Positions 25,722-39,554 of a stretch of DNA of 64,000 bases are shown in pieces. Each line of letters opens with the position of its first letter. Positions within the stretch are counted from its first letter, which is position 1. The DNA comes from Octopus vulgaris. Its lineage: Eukaryota. Below the pieces are notes generated by a model. The model worked only from the letters and a program-made list of their open reading frames with translations. It was not told the origin of the DNA and ran no database searches. The DNA lies in contig OX597821.1 in the NCBI GenBank assembly GCA_951406725.2, positions 42,966,001 through 43,030,000 of the forward strand. The letters are read 5' to 3'. The translations under genes were made by a program, and so were the position numbers.

Positions 25722-26137
25722 GGCGGCGAGCTGGCAGAAACGTTAGTACGCCGGACGAAATGTCTAGCAGCATTTCGTCTGCCGTTACGTCATGAGTTCA
25801 AATTCTGCCGAGGTCAACTTTGCCTTTCATCCTTTCGGGGTCGATTAAATAAGTACCAGTTACGCACTGGGGTCGATATAATCGACTTAATCCGTTTGTC
25901 TGTCCTTGTTTGTCCCTTCTGTGTTTAGCCCCTTGTGGGTAGTAAAGAGATAGGTATTTCGTCTGCCGTTACGTTCTGAGTTCAAGTTCCGCCGAGGTCG
26001 ACTTTGCCTTTCATCCTTTCGAGGTTGATAAATTAAGTACCAGTTATGCACTGGGATCGATGTAATCGACTTAATACCTTTGTCTGTCCCTGTTTGTTCC
26101 CTCTATGTTTAGCCCCTTGTGAGCGATAAAGAAATAA
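25722..26137 (+). mobile_element. tRNA-derived SINE (Deu/Nin-like core), partially dimeric
   Basis: Head ggcggcgagctggcagaaacgttag, B-box-like gagttcaaattc. Core 'gcctttcatcctttcggggtcga..aaataagtaccag' is repeated in tandem from ~25953. Confidence 0.85.
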
Positions 26138-28574
26138 AAGTAAGAGACAAACTGCACCAATACCAACCAATCGGAATGGTAGATACAACGGGGTCCAAAA
26201 CAGCGTCCAAAGATTAGCTGTTACCTACTACATTCGCATGTACTTATATATAATAGAGAGAGAGAGGAAGTTCACCAGAGTTCGCTACACTTTCATGTCA
26301 TTCTCAAAAGTAAAGACGGCATCAAGTTAAATGAAATTACATTAACTGGAAGTCGCAGCCAAATTGCAGATTACGGTGTCAAAATTTACCCAGATAAATG
26401 ATGTCTTAAATAAGTGTAATGCTTCAGATTTATAGGGAAGGTTAAAGTACAAGTTGTGATGTTCAAGCTTTTGCCAAAAGTTATTGGTAGTGTGAATAAT
26501 ACAGAATGGCTCTTATGAAGAATCGAAACTCTGCTTCTTCGTTACGTTACTCTCATTTCCTTAATAAATATCGAGAGACTACCTACTGACTAAGATGATT
26601 CGAAAAACTGTAAAAGAATAAGAACCAGAGTGCTGACATTTTCACGTTTTGTATAATACAGCATCAGAAGTAAGTATTTGACTGTCTGATAATTATCACT
26701 GAAAGAAATTATATGGATTTTAAAATAACAGTTGCGGATCTTTTATGGAAACATTTAAACACAAATAGATATCAAAAGGTTGCGGCTACTTCAACATATA
26801 AAATGTACACGAGAAAGAGGAGAAATATCTTTATAGTATGATTCCAAACACATAAAGTGATGAAAGCCGTAGAACATAGTTTCCGGTAAGCTAGTCTGCG
26901 ATTTGACTTTTATTTCCAGTCGAAGCTAGTTTGCTTAAATTAACCTGACTATGCCAAAAGTGTGAATGTTACAACATTACATTTTCTCTCCTACAAGAAG
27001 TGTTTAAGCAAGAAACCATTATTCCATTGGTATTGGAGAAGTACAAGAGAACAAAAGATGGATTAAGTCACTATATATATTCTATAAATTGTTCAATCGT
27101 TAACATGGTTTCGATTCCGAGAGGATACAAGTTTTATTCACATGCACTGTTAAATTCGGTGGATGCAGTTGAAACGGCATTAAATTAAAACAGCCATCTG
27201 TGTATCAAAGTTAATGTATATACACAAATGAATGGCACGATGCTGTGGTTTTTGCCTGAGAGAAAAATCTCTTCATAGACATGTTAAAAACATACTATAT
27301 ATCTTCATAGACATGTTAAAAACATACTATATAGCAGGAATACTTGGCAGAATTCCAAACACCAAATCACTGCCTGGGAATTGAACCCGAATCACTGTGT
27401 CCGAATAAAAACAATGACTAAATAACAAAGATAGGATTCTGTCAAGAACTGATAACGCCAGCAAAGAACTGACCACTCAAATCTGCTAGAAACATCAAGA
27501 ATTTGCTTTAATTAATAGCTTTGCTGACCAGCAAAATATAATAAACCAGACAAATATCTACCTCATTAAATCGTGGTATTGTAAACAAGAACTATTTATA
27601 TTTATATATATATATATATATATATATTAACAACATTAAAATATCATTAACAAATTTGTCTTTGACGCCCTTTCTTTGATAGGTATTAGCTATGTATATA
27701 GTTTGTTTATTAGCTTACTAACCAGTGGTAGTAACCCAGTAAAAACTAACAACTGCTCGAATTTACACCACTCAACATTGACGGCGGTGGCGACGATGAC
27801 GACAACGACAGTGGTCGTAATACAGCTTAAGCCAGCTAGCTAAAAAAGTCTACATCACTTAACATCGGCTGCAGAATGCGACGATGCCGACGAATTCAGT
27901 TCAGTCAACGAAGGCTGCTACAATTTACTGACATTGCTTACACATACATCTCATACGACTGTTGAACTGCTTCATTTGGTGTAAATATCTAATTTCTGTC
28001 TTTCGACGTAATGACAGCATCTTTGTCAATGATAAATAAATATTTTATACCTGGAACTTCACATAGACTTTTTGTTCATTTATCATCTCTTAACCAAACC
28101 CCAAATATTTCTTTATCATTATATACCAGAACGTGGTGAAAATGATCTCAGCAGTGACTCACGAGAACGCAAGGGACATTTCGATTATTAAATATTCCTA
28201 GATATGAACGTTGCAATCAAAAATTAATTCCTCTGTATAACACCTTTGTACCTGGTTAAAAATAAATTTTACTTTCTATTTTTGAAGAAGTGGGCATAGT
28301 ACTTCACTGTCGTGTCTTTAAATTCCCTTTACATTCATTTATACAAAGAGTCTATAGAGATGTCAGGGTTACCATTTTATAGTTGTAATGTCGATTAAAT
28401 GACACACTATAATTTAATGAGTATGAGAGAAAGAGAGATCACCATCTTGTACGTAAATACAAGAAAAGAGGAATTCGGGAGACGTTTGTAATAAATCATA
28501 GCCTATTTATTATAGGAGGTAATGCGTTAACATATAAGGTTAATTGAAGGAAAGCTTGTAACATTACATGAACA

Positions 28575-28941
<367 letters not shown>

Positions 28942-29112
28942 GTTCTTTACCTATTTCGGCTATGGTCAGCCACAATAAATCAACACATAATAGAAATATT
29001 GAATATTAAACGATGTCTGTACCTGGAGCATTTTTAAGTGAGGAAAGATCAAATACAGAGCCAATCCCGCTCTCTAAACAACGTACGCGTTTGACCAAAA
29101 AGAAGAACAAGT

Positions 29113-29220
29113 CTACGAGGGATGCTGAAAAGGTCCTGGCTTTAAGAGTATCGCGAAAGGCCTGACTGCAGGCCCAACCTTCCGAGTTCTTTTACAGGGT
29201 TTAGAAAAACTGAAGATTTC
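29113..29220 (+). mobile_element. Mariner-like terminal fragment
   Basis: TA followed by 'cgagggatgctgaaaaggtcctggcttt', resembling mariner TIR starts. No partner TIR found. Confidence 0.4.
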
Positions 29221-29596
29221 TGGGATTTTCTTTTTGTTCATGTCTTTCTTGCAGCTGTTACCCTGCAGCATTTTAAACGAAATCCGAATTGCTCCAAACT
29301 CTCTCTTCTCGGAGGACGGCCATTAGTCATGAGCAATATTATTTCCTTCGGACTCAGCAAGTAAAAGAAAAGGGAAAAACAGGCTAAAACACATTTCCCC
29401 ATTATTCCTGTTTCTCCCCTTTTCTACTTTTTTCCTTCCGTCAAACAATCTGAAGAATTTAAGTTTGAAGTGTCAAAGACACTTATATATCCTTTCTTAC
29501 ATGCTATCAAACGTTAAATTAATACGTAATCACACTAGTTTTCACTTTGATGTCATTTTTACAATTTCTTTCAGTCTATATATGCATGTATATATA

Positions 29597-30846
29597 CGCA
29601 CACATGTTAGAAGTAACTAGACACACCATAAAACATCATTTTTTGTTTATTCTAACTTGTAAAGGTTTATATTTCTTATTGACATTTTTATGTTTCAGAT
29701 TCTATATGTGACTGTTTAATCATGCCATGTACAAAAGAAGCCTTGGAACTGTCTGAATTTCAGAGGCCGTATTGTGGGTCATTCTGAAGGTGGATATAGT
29801 CAGCGTAAAATCGCAGAAAAACTTGGGGTCCCGCTTTCTACAATTAATAGAGTGATTGTGCAATTCACCAGAGAGGGGAAGGAGTCCACATCACCTTGTC
29901 TAGATCAACCAGGGCCCTCTGACAGGACCCTTCTCTTTGCTAAGAGAAGTGTGGAGGATAATCCTCGTTGCAAGACCTCTGACATAGCAGAGCAAGTTGA
30001 TGTCAGTCCCAGAACAGCTGTCAGGTATCTCCACAAACTTGGTTACTATGGCAGAGCAGGAAGAAGGAAGCCACATCTTTGATCAGCCAATATAAAGTGA
30101 AGAAAAGATTGGGCCAGTGAAATGGTGGAGAGGCCATTAGCATTTTGGGATATTGTCATATTCTCTGATGAGTCCAAATTTGCTGTATTTCTTAACAGTG
30201 GTCGAGTTTGGGTCTGGAGACTTTGTGATCAAGAATTTGATGAGAAAAGATTGCAACCAGTAATGAAACACGGCAGCTATTCTGTTATGTTCTGGGGAAC
30301 AACTTGGAGCAATGGTTGATCAGAGCTTGTGGAGTGTGAGGGAAAGATAAACTCAAATAAATATGTGTCCATATTGCAGAAAGGACTCCTTCCAAACTTC
30401 TCCAGTGGTGAAATGATTAAAGAAGACTCTCTATTTATGGAAGATGGGATTCCTTGTCACACGATTAAAATTACCCAAGATTTGTTGGAAAAGAATGGCA
30501 TTGGAAAGTTTCAAAAGCCAAGCCAGTCTCCAGATAAGAACCCTATAGAACACCTCTGGGGCATAATGGACAGGACATTTCATAAACAGAACAAGAAAGC
30601 ATCTCCAAAGCCAGATCTTTTGAGATTATTGCAAGAAACTTAGCAAGAAATTCCGCAAGAGAATATTCACCATCTGATCTGTAACATACCTATTAGGGCC
30701 ATTGCATTGAAAAAGGTAAAGAGCATGTCTACTAAATATTAAATGTTCACATTATAGCAACTAACATATAATTTGAATGTATAATTTCAGATTTGAATAA
30801 ATTTTAATGATTATAAGGGTGTCTATTTACTTCTTTCATGTCTGTG
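29597..30846 (+). mobile_element. Full-length Tc1 (DD34E) DNA transposon with disrupted transposase
   Basis: Imperfect ~40-bp TIRs with flanking TA at both ends. HTH region [26 protein letters not shown], and MEDGIPCH...SPDKNPIE with 34 residues between D and E. Internal stops. Confidence 0.93.
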
Positions 30847-30955
30847 TATATATATATATATATACAGGGTGCTCCTAACATTCCCTTCCCTTCATTATGC
30901 TTGATAAACGTTTCAACAGAGAAAATGCACAGTGTGCTCTGCTCCAAACTATATA

Positions 30956-31490
30956 CAGGGTTTGGACAAAATAATTGGAATGCGTGTTAAATTCAATGAA
31001 TATTTATTTAATATGGAGTTGATCCCCCATTAGCTTTCTGGACAGCTTCAATGCGTCTAGGAATTGATTCATGCAACTTCCTGATTTCATTGAGAGGAAC
31101 CGTGTGCCATTCTTCCTGCAAAACCTGCTCCAGCTGTTGCAGACACGACGGTGGTGGGTAACGACTTCTAACTTGTAGCTCTAAGATGCACCACAGGTAT
31201 TCAATAATATTAAGATCTGGAGATTGAAGGGGGTCGCTCCATGTACTGTAGCTCACTGCTATGCTCTTCATACCAATTCTTAACCACATGAGAGGTGTGT
31301 ATTGGGGTTTTATCATCTTGGAAGCTACACTCCATATATGGCCATTCATTGCTGTTGATCCTACCATGCAGGGCAACGATTAAACCAAAAGAATTTCAAG
31401 AAATGGCTGCCCGAAATATCACAGACCCTCCTCCATGATACACGGTAGGAAGAAGGCAGTCAAGATTAAAAGCTTCCCTGGGCTGCCTCT
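30956..31490 (-). mobile_element. Tc1 transposase 3' fragment with one TIR
   Basis: QSPDLNIIEYLW...SIPRRIEAVQKANGGSTPY. Terminus ta|cagggtttggacaaaataat. Confidence 0.88.
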
Positions 31491-31557
31491 AGTAGCTTAT
31501 GAATTATCATGCCATGATCTACCTTATCAAATGCCTTTGCGAAGTCAAATATATATA

Positions 31558-31600
<43 letters not shown>

Positions 31601-31736
31601 ATCAGGAAATCGATATTAGAAAATTCTTCAGAAAGATATATACTTGTGTAAAATAATTGTTTATTAAAAATATAAATATATATATAAATATATGTAAATA
31701 TGTATAAGTATAAATATATAATAATGACATTTTAAA

Positions 31737-31972
31737 CAATTGCAGCGTGGAAGGTGTTTATAAAACTTCGTGCTGCACGAAGTTTTGTCAGTGATCAGGT
31801 CGCGGTCTCAAAGCAACGAAAATATTTTGACAAATTAAATTTAAATGTTGAAGTGAATCTAACGGTTTTTGTGTGTTTCTTAAATGGCTTATAAACACCT
31901 TCCACGCTGCAATTGTTTTCGTTCCAGCACACGCTCTCAGATCAAGTCACTCGCTATGCAAGTACATCTCCG
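31737..31972. mobile_element. 236-bp insertion with 15-bp TSD and internal inversion
   Basis: TSD taatgacattttaaa at 31722-31736 and 31973-31987. Absent from the sister repeat at ~39385. Inverted repeat acaattgcagcgtggaaggtgtttataa at 31736-31763 / 31889-31916. Confidence 0.88.
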
Positions 31973-32011
31973 TAATGACATTTTAAAAGTTTCGAATTAA
32001 GTTTTTAAAGC

Positions 32012-32101
32012 ATCTTACGATCGTTTCGCAGAAGTGCTGTCCCTATAATGGAATCCTATATTGATAAGCATTTATAGACAACTCTTCTGCTCTTCAGAGA
32101 T
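32012..32101 (-). ncRNA. Hammerhead ribozyme in PLE 3' pseudo-LTR
   Basis: atct-CTGAAGA-gcagaag...cttctgc-GAAAC-gatc-GTA-agat. Confidence 0.85.
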
Positions 32102-32327
32102 ATAAAATGTGACATTTGTAGAATTTATCGAATGGTAGTTTTTTAAAAATATGAAGTAATATAAGAAAATGGTGTTTGTTTGAAATATAAAAGAAAATTA
32201 AAAATTACTGCTTTTTGGTAAGTACACTTTAGTATGAGAGTCTTTAAATTCATATATTCCTCCTTGGTAAGTCTTCTGTAGTAATCCATGATAATTATGT
32301 ATAAAGTCCACTATGTTGTCCTGTTGA

Positions 32328-35300
32328 TTATTTCATTTCCCACAAGGGGACAACATAGAAATGGACATTACAATCTGATTTGGGGTCAGTTGGATGAATG
32401 TTTATAACATAAAAATGAATATAAAAATTTTATGACAAAATAACAAAAATATCAAAAAATCGGATGATGGGACAGACCGGAAGACATTACGGATGGAGTG
32501 GGGAGGCGGGTTTAATTCGGACCCCTACGAGCTCCGCATCGCCACTGACACCTGCGATACGTACTGTGTTGCATTCATGCGGTCACATTCACCCGCAACA
32601 TCCGTGCTACGGTTTTCGAACATTTTCACTGTCAGGCATCTTCTCTCTAGCTCTATTTTCCTTTTAAGGTGAAAAGTGAAGTAGTTCACCAATCCAGAGC
32701 TAGAGATGAAAGTGCCTGAGATTAACCCTTTCTGCCTCGTCTCCCAAACCACCCCTCTCGCAATTGCTACTACGGGTCAGTTTTTAGTATAGACTCAGTC
32801 GATAACTGTACTCTTCCTGCACTTGACAACAGTTGTTCAGCATAAACCTACGCGTTTGACACCTCCGAACACTGAACGATAGCGTGCGGGACGGTTTCTC
32901 TATCCCGCCCACATCTTGGACAGGTCGCAGGGCCACGGCCACCATGCCTTGTGAGCTTGTCCCGAACAGGTAAAGCTCCTCGGTAACACTGCCATACCAG
33001 AGACTTCTGAAAGTTGTTCAGAGTCTCGGGATGCCGCTCAATTTTCGCAGTAATGACTCAAGAGCCTTCACGTACAAAAGCGGGGAGTGCGGACACCCTT
33101 GACGAACCGAACGTTTGATGTTGAACGGTCTCGATATGAAGCCGTTCACCCGAACCACCGAGTCGATGTTATCGTAAATCTGAATGATCCACCTGAGGAA
33201 GACAAGACCCAGACCGAACTGCGCCAGAACGGACACCAGGTAGCGATGGTCAACCCTATCAAATGTCTTAGATTGCTCTAAATGGACCAGTGCCCTACCC
33301 TTTCCAGAATCACTATTAAACCCCTCTATAGTGTACCGTATAAGATGGAGATTATCCTTGATGGTACTGCCGGGAACGGCACATGTCTGTGCCTCCCCGA
33401 TCAAACTATCCGCGACACGCGCCAATCTTTTCGATAACACTTTGGGCAAAATCTTCAACTCTGCATTTATCAGAGTGATGGGTCGAAAATTATCAACGGA
33501 ATCCCCCGTGTCCGGGTCCTTTCTGACAAGCGTCACCACTTCCCGGCGCACAGATTTGGGAATAAACCTGTTCTGCTGCCAGTTCGCATAAACATTCGCC
33601 AGCAGGTGCTCGAACAAGTCTGGCATGCTCATAGGGTAGGCCATCCAGTCCTGGCGCCTTACCCGCGTCCCAGTCTGCCATGGCCCCAATTACCCCCTCA
33701 GGTGTGATCGGCCCTTCACTGCACTCCGCATCCTGTCTCGATACGCGCGGCAGCCCGGCGAGGAAGTCCGTTAGGTCACTCCTACTATCCGGCCCGCCGC
33801 CCCCACCGAAAAGCTGGGTGAAGTGCTCTTGAAAAGCCTCACACATCTCTGGCTCGTCTTTCAACTTACCTCGTTGGTTCGTCAAGTATCGTATTGTGAC
33901 ATCATTACCACATTGGGCTTCCACCACTCGGGCCCATCCTGCGGCCTTGATTCCCTCACAACCCACTGCACGAAGCCTAGCCCTGACAATGCAACCCATG
34001 TGTTTGGCTTCGAGGTGTTGGTTTAACACCAGTCTCTTGGCCATCACTTGAGTCTCAGAGCCAGTTTTCATGGCTTCCTCTAAATCCTTAACTAAAGCTA
34101 ATTCCTTCCTAGCCACTAAATTTATGCTATATCTAATAGACTCGAATTTAATGGCTCGCTTGAGAACATACCACCATTTATTATTTATAATGGAACCGGT
34201 TAATGCCCTCTGAATCATCAACTTAATCCGGTCTCTGTACTCCTTAATCGTCAAAAGGGACGTATTAAGTTTCCAGTAGCCGGAGCCTCTATTCTGTAAC
34301 TTATCTATGTCAAGCTTACAGGTGACCATTTTATGATCACTGTAGCTGACCAGATGAAACTGTGGACACCTAGCTATATTTCTATCTGATTTTCTAATTA
34401 ACATTCTATCTAGGTATGACCTGGAAGATCCGTCACTGTTTGACCAAGTGCACAATGGAGCGTTCGGAAATTCCAACCTATAAGGATCTGCTAGCTCAAA
34501 GCGACTTAGCAGTTCCAGGAAGCAGGGATTACCTTTTCTATTTTTACACGAGCCAACATAATCTTCGCGTGCCTCGTAAATTGTGTTATTGTCTCTTAGC
34601 ACAACTAAAGTATGTGATGTACCAATAAACTTCTCTAGATTCCGAAAATATTCACCTTAGCCCGGTTGATGTAGGTGCGTAAATTGCAACCAGTCTGATA
34701 ACTTTACCACAGCTGAACGTCACGTCCATGACGACCAGCCTAACTTCTGGATCTGAAAAAACCACGTTTTTTTTTTCAGAAACCCGGTTTCTTTTTAACA
34801 GGACCAACACTCCGCTTCCAATAGAAGGACCGCATGGAGAGAAAAAACTCTCGTAGCCGTCCAACAGCGGGAGCAGATCTCTTGGCCCCCTAAACCGAGT
34901 TTCTGTAGCAACAATGACATTCAGATTATGTGACGTGATGTCGTTAAGGAGGCGGCCTTGCTTCCAGCTCGAACCCAGGCCACGCACATTTAGACAACCT
35001 ACATGAATGCTCAACATCCCTTACCCCTGTATCAGTGGTTCGATATTCCTTCTTTTTTCTCTTCTTTTTCTTTATCCTTTTCCGGGGCTTGTGGGATATT
35101 TGGACGTAGGCCCTCATAAATATATGGAGGAAAATCCATTCTGAGGGGGGCTACGTCGTGAAAGAATTCGGACTTAATCCGTCCGTAATCCTTCCGGCCT
35201 ATACTGTATATTAAAAAGTCTTTTGATATTGTATTTTCAACTCGTTTGGCAGATGAAATAACTGCCAAACGGTTGATTAATCTGTTGTTAGATACCTTAA

Positions 35301-36480
35301 TGGCCATGTAATTTGACTCATTTTCTTGCTCTTTTTTCTTTTTAAAATTCAGCTTGGTAGGGGTGGTCTGTGTTTTTTTCCTCTTATTTTTAGACATAAT
35401 CGACCACCCCTCTTCTGTGTCTTTCTCTTCACTCTCTTCTGTCAATATCGGTATTATTGGTGCTGGCGTTTAAACTGTTACTCTTCTGGGGGTTTTTTTG
35501 TTTTTTTTTTGTCCTTCAGGTTTGCATTCCGCCCTGATGTGACCTTTCAGCCCGCAGTTAAAACATCTGGGTTTTCTGCCCTCAACAAAGACAATTAATT
35601 TCTCTTCTCCTCCTATATTTATTATTTCCGGGATCTCTTCCAGGGTTTGGACTTCTGCTTGTATTTGCATTTTTAAGCATTGTCTCTTCCAGTTTTCTTC
35701 TTTTTCCACAAAGGCCTGGAGTGTAGATATCTTTTCCTCCAGGCCCATCGTGATGGCTGCTACTAAACATGTAGCGTCAACCTCTGGTGGGATGTTGCTT
35801 ATTTTTACTTTTGACGTTCTTCTTCCCATATATATGTGAAGAAGAACTACTTTCTCCGTTGTAAGGGTCCCTGAGGAGTACCTCTTCGCAATTTCTTCTG
35901 ACTTAAACCATACTTCTACTGTTCCAAATCGTTTGCCTCGATTTATGTATGTTATGTAAGGCCAAATACATCTGAGGCACTTCTCTATTTTTTCTTCCTC
36001 TGTTTTGAAGATTCTCTTCTTTCCAACGTTATACGTTTTGTATATTATTCTCTTCCTGTTTATCGTGTCCGTTGTTTCTTCCGAGGTGGCCACTTGAATT
36101 ACGGTCAACTCTTTTTTAAGCATCGACATATACCTTTGTAGGTTATTTTTCTCTGTGTTTATTTGTATCTCTTTCCTACCGGCTGCCTATGCGAATTTTT
36201 TAGGCGATACCGCTGGAGATTTCTTTTCCTCCACAAAGTTTGATTTTCTTGGCGTCCTCGCCGGTGAAATGCTTTGATTACCTGCTTCCGACACAGGTGA
36301 GTAGGAAAACAATGATGTTTCCATTTCCACAAAATTGGCTTCAAGAAGCCACAAAATATAATAATAATTTCCCCGCGGCGGGGAATTTCAATAAGCTACT
36401 TCCAAGATGCAATTAACCGTTTTTCAATAAACAGTATGTAAAACACAGACAATACAATTACAGAGAACACAATTACAGGT
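32328..36480 (-). mobile_element. Tx1/L1-clade LINE, near full length, frameshifted and internally deleted
   Basis: ORF1 (36129-35032) has the CCHC knuckle CFNCGLKGHIRAEC. ORF2 starts at 35017 with APE motifs (CLNVRGL, TETR, IYAP, SYLDR, SDH) and RT motifs (KAPGLDGLPYE, NFRPITLIN, SVRQGCP). Confidence 0.93.
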
Positions 36481-39423
36481 ATCAATAATGGAATTTGCAC
36501 TAAGAAAATAATAATTACCAGTCAAACGACCTTTATTTTGTCCTGTATTCCAAATATAGTCCGTAGACTTAAATAATATAAAATAAAATTATACGTGAAA
36601 TTTTATGTGTGAAATTATAAAATTATAAATTGGTGAAAATATTTCTTTTATATTTTTATTTGTATAATTGGAAGATGCCAATTAAAATTTTTAGATTTTA
36701 AAATTTAATGCGATTATAACTGTCCATTTGTTATAGATTAGATGTGCACGGGTTCAAATTCCAAGAATAGCTATTCAATATTTATTTAATGTATAATTTA
36801 TGTCATGTAAATGTACGTATAGTCAAATAATTCCAATTAATCTATTTATAATTATCACCTTATATTTTAATATCTCAAAAAACAAAACATATATATAGTC
36901 ACTAATCTAAGTCTTTATTAGATCTCCTATAATATTTGAAGGTTTTATAAAACCTATGTCTACATGTTGAAAATGCTTCTGATTGACAATTTATTAAGTT
37001 CTTATAATATATATAGTGATTCCTTCATACAGAGACGGCAACTATTATATTTATGTGTGGCTTAATCTATTATTGACCAGTCTAATCTATAGTTAACTTT
37101 ATTTTTCTTAATTTTATGTATATATGTAGCTAATAACAAGGTAGCTATATTTGGCTTAAAAGAGTGTGTGTGCTAAAAAGCTTTGTTTAAAATTAACGGA
37201 ACTACCTACATATACCATACTATGTGAATTATTAATTAATGTAACTATGCATTTGTATATCACGTTAAATCTTCTACAATTGCCTTTTAAAGGGCATAAT
37301 TTTTTTATTTTTACATGAGCAGTTTTTATTTTTATATTTCTGTTCAGATGAATAGTGTCTTCTTTTGCTATGATTATTTGTAGTGTATGATATTATTGAA
37401 TTTATTGTAGTAATATTTATCGTAGAGTTAGATACATTTATTGTTTGTGAATTATTTAAATTTTTATTAGCTTGTGGTATTGTATTATCTAAGGCCTTTT
37501 GTATATTTTCAAATGCATGGTAGTTAGAATTTTGCAAGGGTTTTGTTATATCAATACTATTGTTAGGTGTTCCAGTATTTTGAGTATTATATATACTCCT
37601 ATTGCTATCTTGTTATTGTTATTATTATTACAGTTATTTTAAATTTATTAATTTTCTTTTATTAGAACAGGCGATAATAAATCCTATGCTTGGTGTTGTA
37701 GAGAAGGATATTTTAATTGATCTATTAAATATGTGGTGATATCTATGATTCATAGGAAAACTTTTTTTTAACTATATTTAAAAACTTTTTTGCTAAACCC
37801 TTAACATTTAATGAAAATGGAGGTGTGTACCAAATAATTTCTCTCTTTCTGCTCCTATTAGGTAGTTTATTACATTTATATATTGGTTTTGGGATTTGTA
37901 TATTTTTCACTGAGTATTTATTGTTATTATATTTAGTTCTTTGCCTATCATTAATCTTTCTAAGTTTTTATTGTTTATATAGAAGTTTCGTCATTTTGTA
38001 TTACTTGCGTATTATTGTTGTAGTTAAAGTTATCTTTATTTCTTATTTTAGCATCGCATGTAGTTTTGTTTAATTCTATTTGTGCTATGTAAATTTTTTA
38101 GTTTAGTATCCTTTGTGTATTTAATATTTTGTTTGAATCTACTAGCAGCTAAAGCCTGATTGTAATAATTGGCATGATTATTAAAAATGTCTTCATTATA
38201 AGATAGGTCAGATATTCAAGTAGATATACTATTTACGATACGTTTAAGTAATGATATATGATGATTTGAATTAATATTTATATATTTAAGATATTCATTA
38301 CGATTATGAAATGGAGAGTATGTTGAATTATTAAGGACTAAGGTTACGTCAAACAAATTTGCTTTAGAATAACCTTCCTCAAATATGGATAGATACACCA
38401 AACATTTTATTAAATTTTTGTAATTCCTCTCTCATTTTTCCTATTTTTCTTTTGGATCTACCGTTATAGACTAGGAGTGCGTCATCTCTATATAATCCTC
38501 CCGTCAGAGATTGGAAGTAGTGTTTAGTCTCATATAATAAATATAATCCTATTAGATCTGTGATTTGTGCCGAATCGGACGATCCCATTGTAATATTAAA
38601 TAAATTAAATAAACTATTATTACCAGATCGGCAGCATAATTTGTCATTGAATTTAATAAGTGTTTTTCTAGCTAATAGAATAATATCAATTTCCAATGGT
38701 GTAATGTCAGTATGATTCTTGGCTAAAATTATAGCTTTATTTAATATAATTGGTGATATGGATGCGTAATAGTAAGATTCTTTTGATATTTGGAATAAAA
38801 TGTAGAGAATTTTATGGATTTAACATTTCTAAAATTGCATTTTCTAAGTCTATTAGTAGTGGATTATGTGGAGGGTTTTTATATGATTTAAGTCCATAAG
38901 TATTATTCCTTTGGTCTTTTATAGTTCCTTTGTTATCATAAAAGAATTCTCTCCATCTCATTCGTTTAATTAGGTCACCTGTTTTCTGAAATAATGATAA
39001 TAAATATGTGTCCTTGGAAGGAATTGGTATATCTTTAAGTGAAATTCCCAGATATTGTTTTTCCATGCTTAACAAATTCAGTATTGAGTGCTCTTCGTAT
39101 ATAGAGCGGAGTACATAAATCTTTAGTTAAATATATTCAATGAGAATATTATATACTGAATTTATATTGAGTGCTTTATTGTATTAAAGTATGAATACTA
39201 TTGAAGTATTTATGTATTCAATATGAGCGATTATATATATTTTATATAATATATTATTATTAATATCAGGAAATCAATATTAGAAAATTCTTCAGAAAGA
39301 TATATACGTGTGTAAAATAATTGTTGTATTAAAAATATAAATATATATAAATATATGTAAATATGTATGAGTATAAATATATAATAATGACATTTTAAAA
39401 GTTTCGAATTAAGTTTTTGAAGC

Positions 39424-39513
39424 ATCTTACGATCGTTTCGCAGAAGTGCTGTCCCTATAATGGAATCCTATATTGATAAGCATTTATAGACAACTCTTCT
39501 GCTCTTCAGAGAT
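39424..39513 (-). ncRNA. Hammerhead ribozyme in PLE 5' pseudo-LTR
   Basis: Same motif as 32012-32101. 7-bp stem II, palindromic stem III acgatcgt, GUA cleavage triplet. Confidence 0.85.
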
Positions 39514-39554
39514 ATAAAATGTGAAATTTGTATAATTTACCGAATGGTAGTTTA

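Larger units (their letters stand above)
31590..39552 (-). mobile_element. Penelope-like element (Naiad-like) with direct pseudo-LTRs, interrupted by a Tx1 LINE
   Basis: Direct repeats ~31590-32141 and ~39252-39552, each with a hammerhead. Decayed ORF 39075 to ~36950: SLKDIPIPS..IKRMRW, ITMGSSDSAQ, GLYRDDAL, RKREIIWYTPPFS, CSC..CPL, and GIY-YIG-like remnants ending CRLCMKE. Confidence 0.88.

Noticed and set aside
27270-27332. 33-bp tandem duplication
   Set aside because: Simple slippage duplication with two copies and no further structure.
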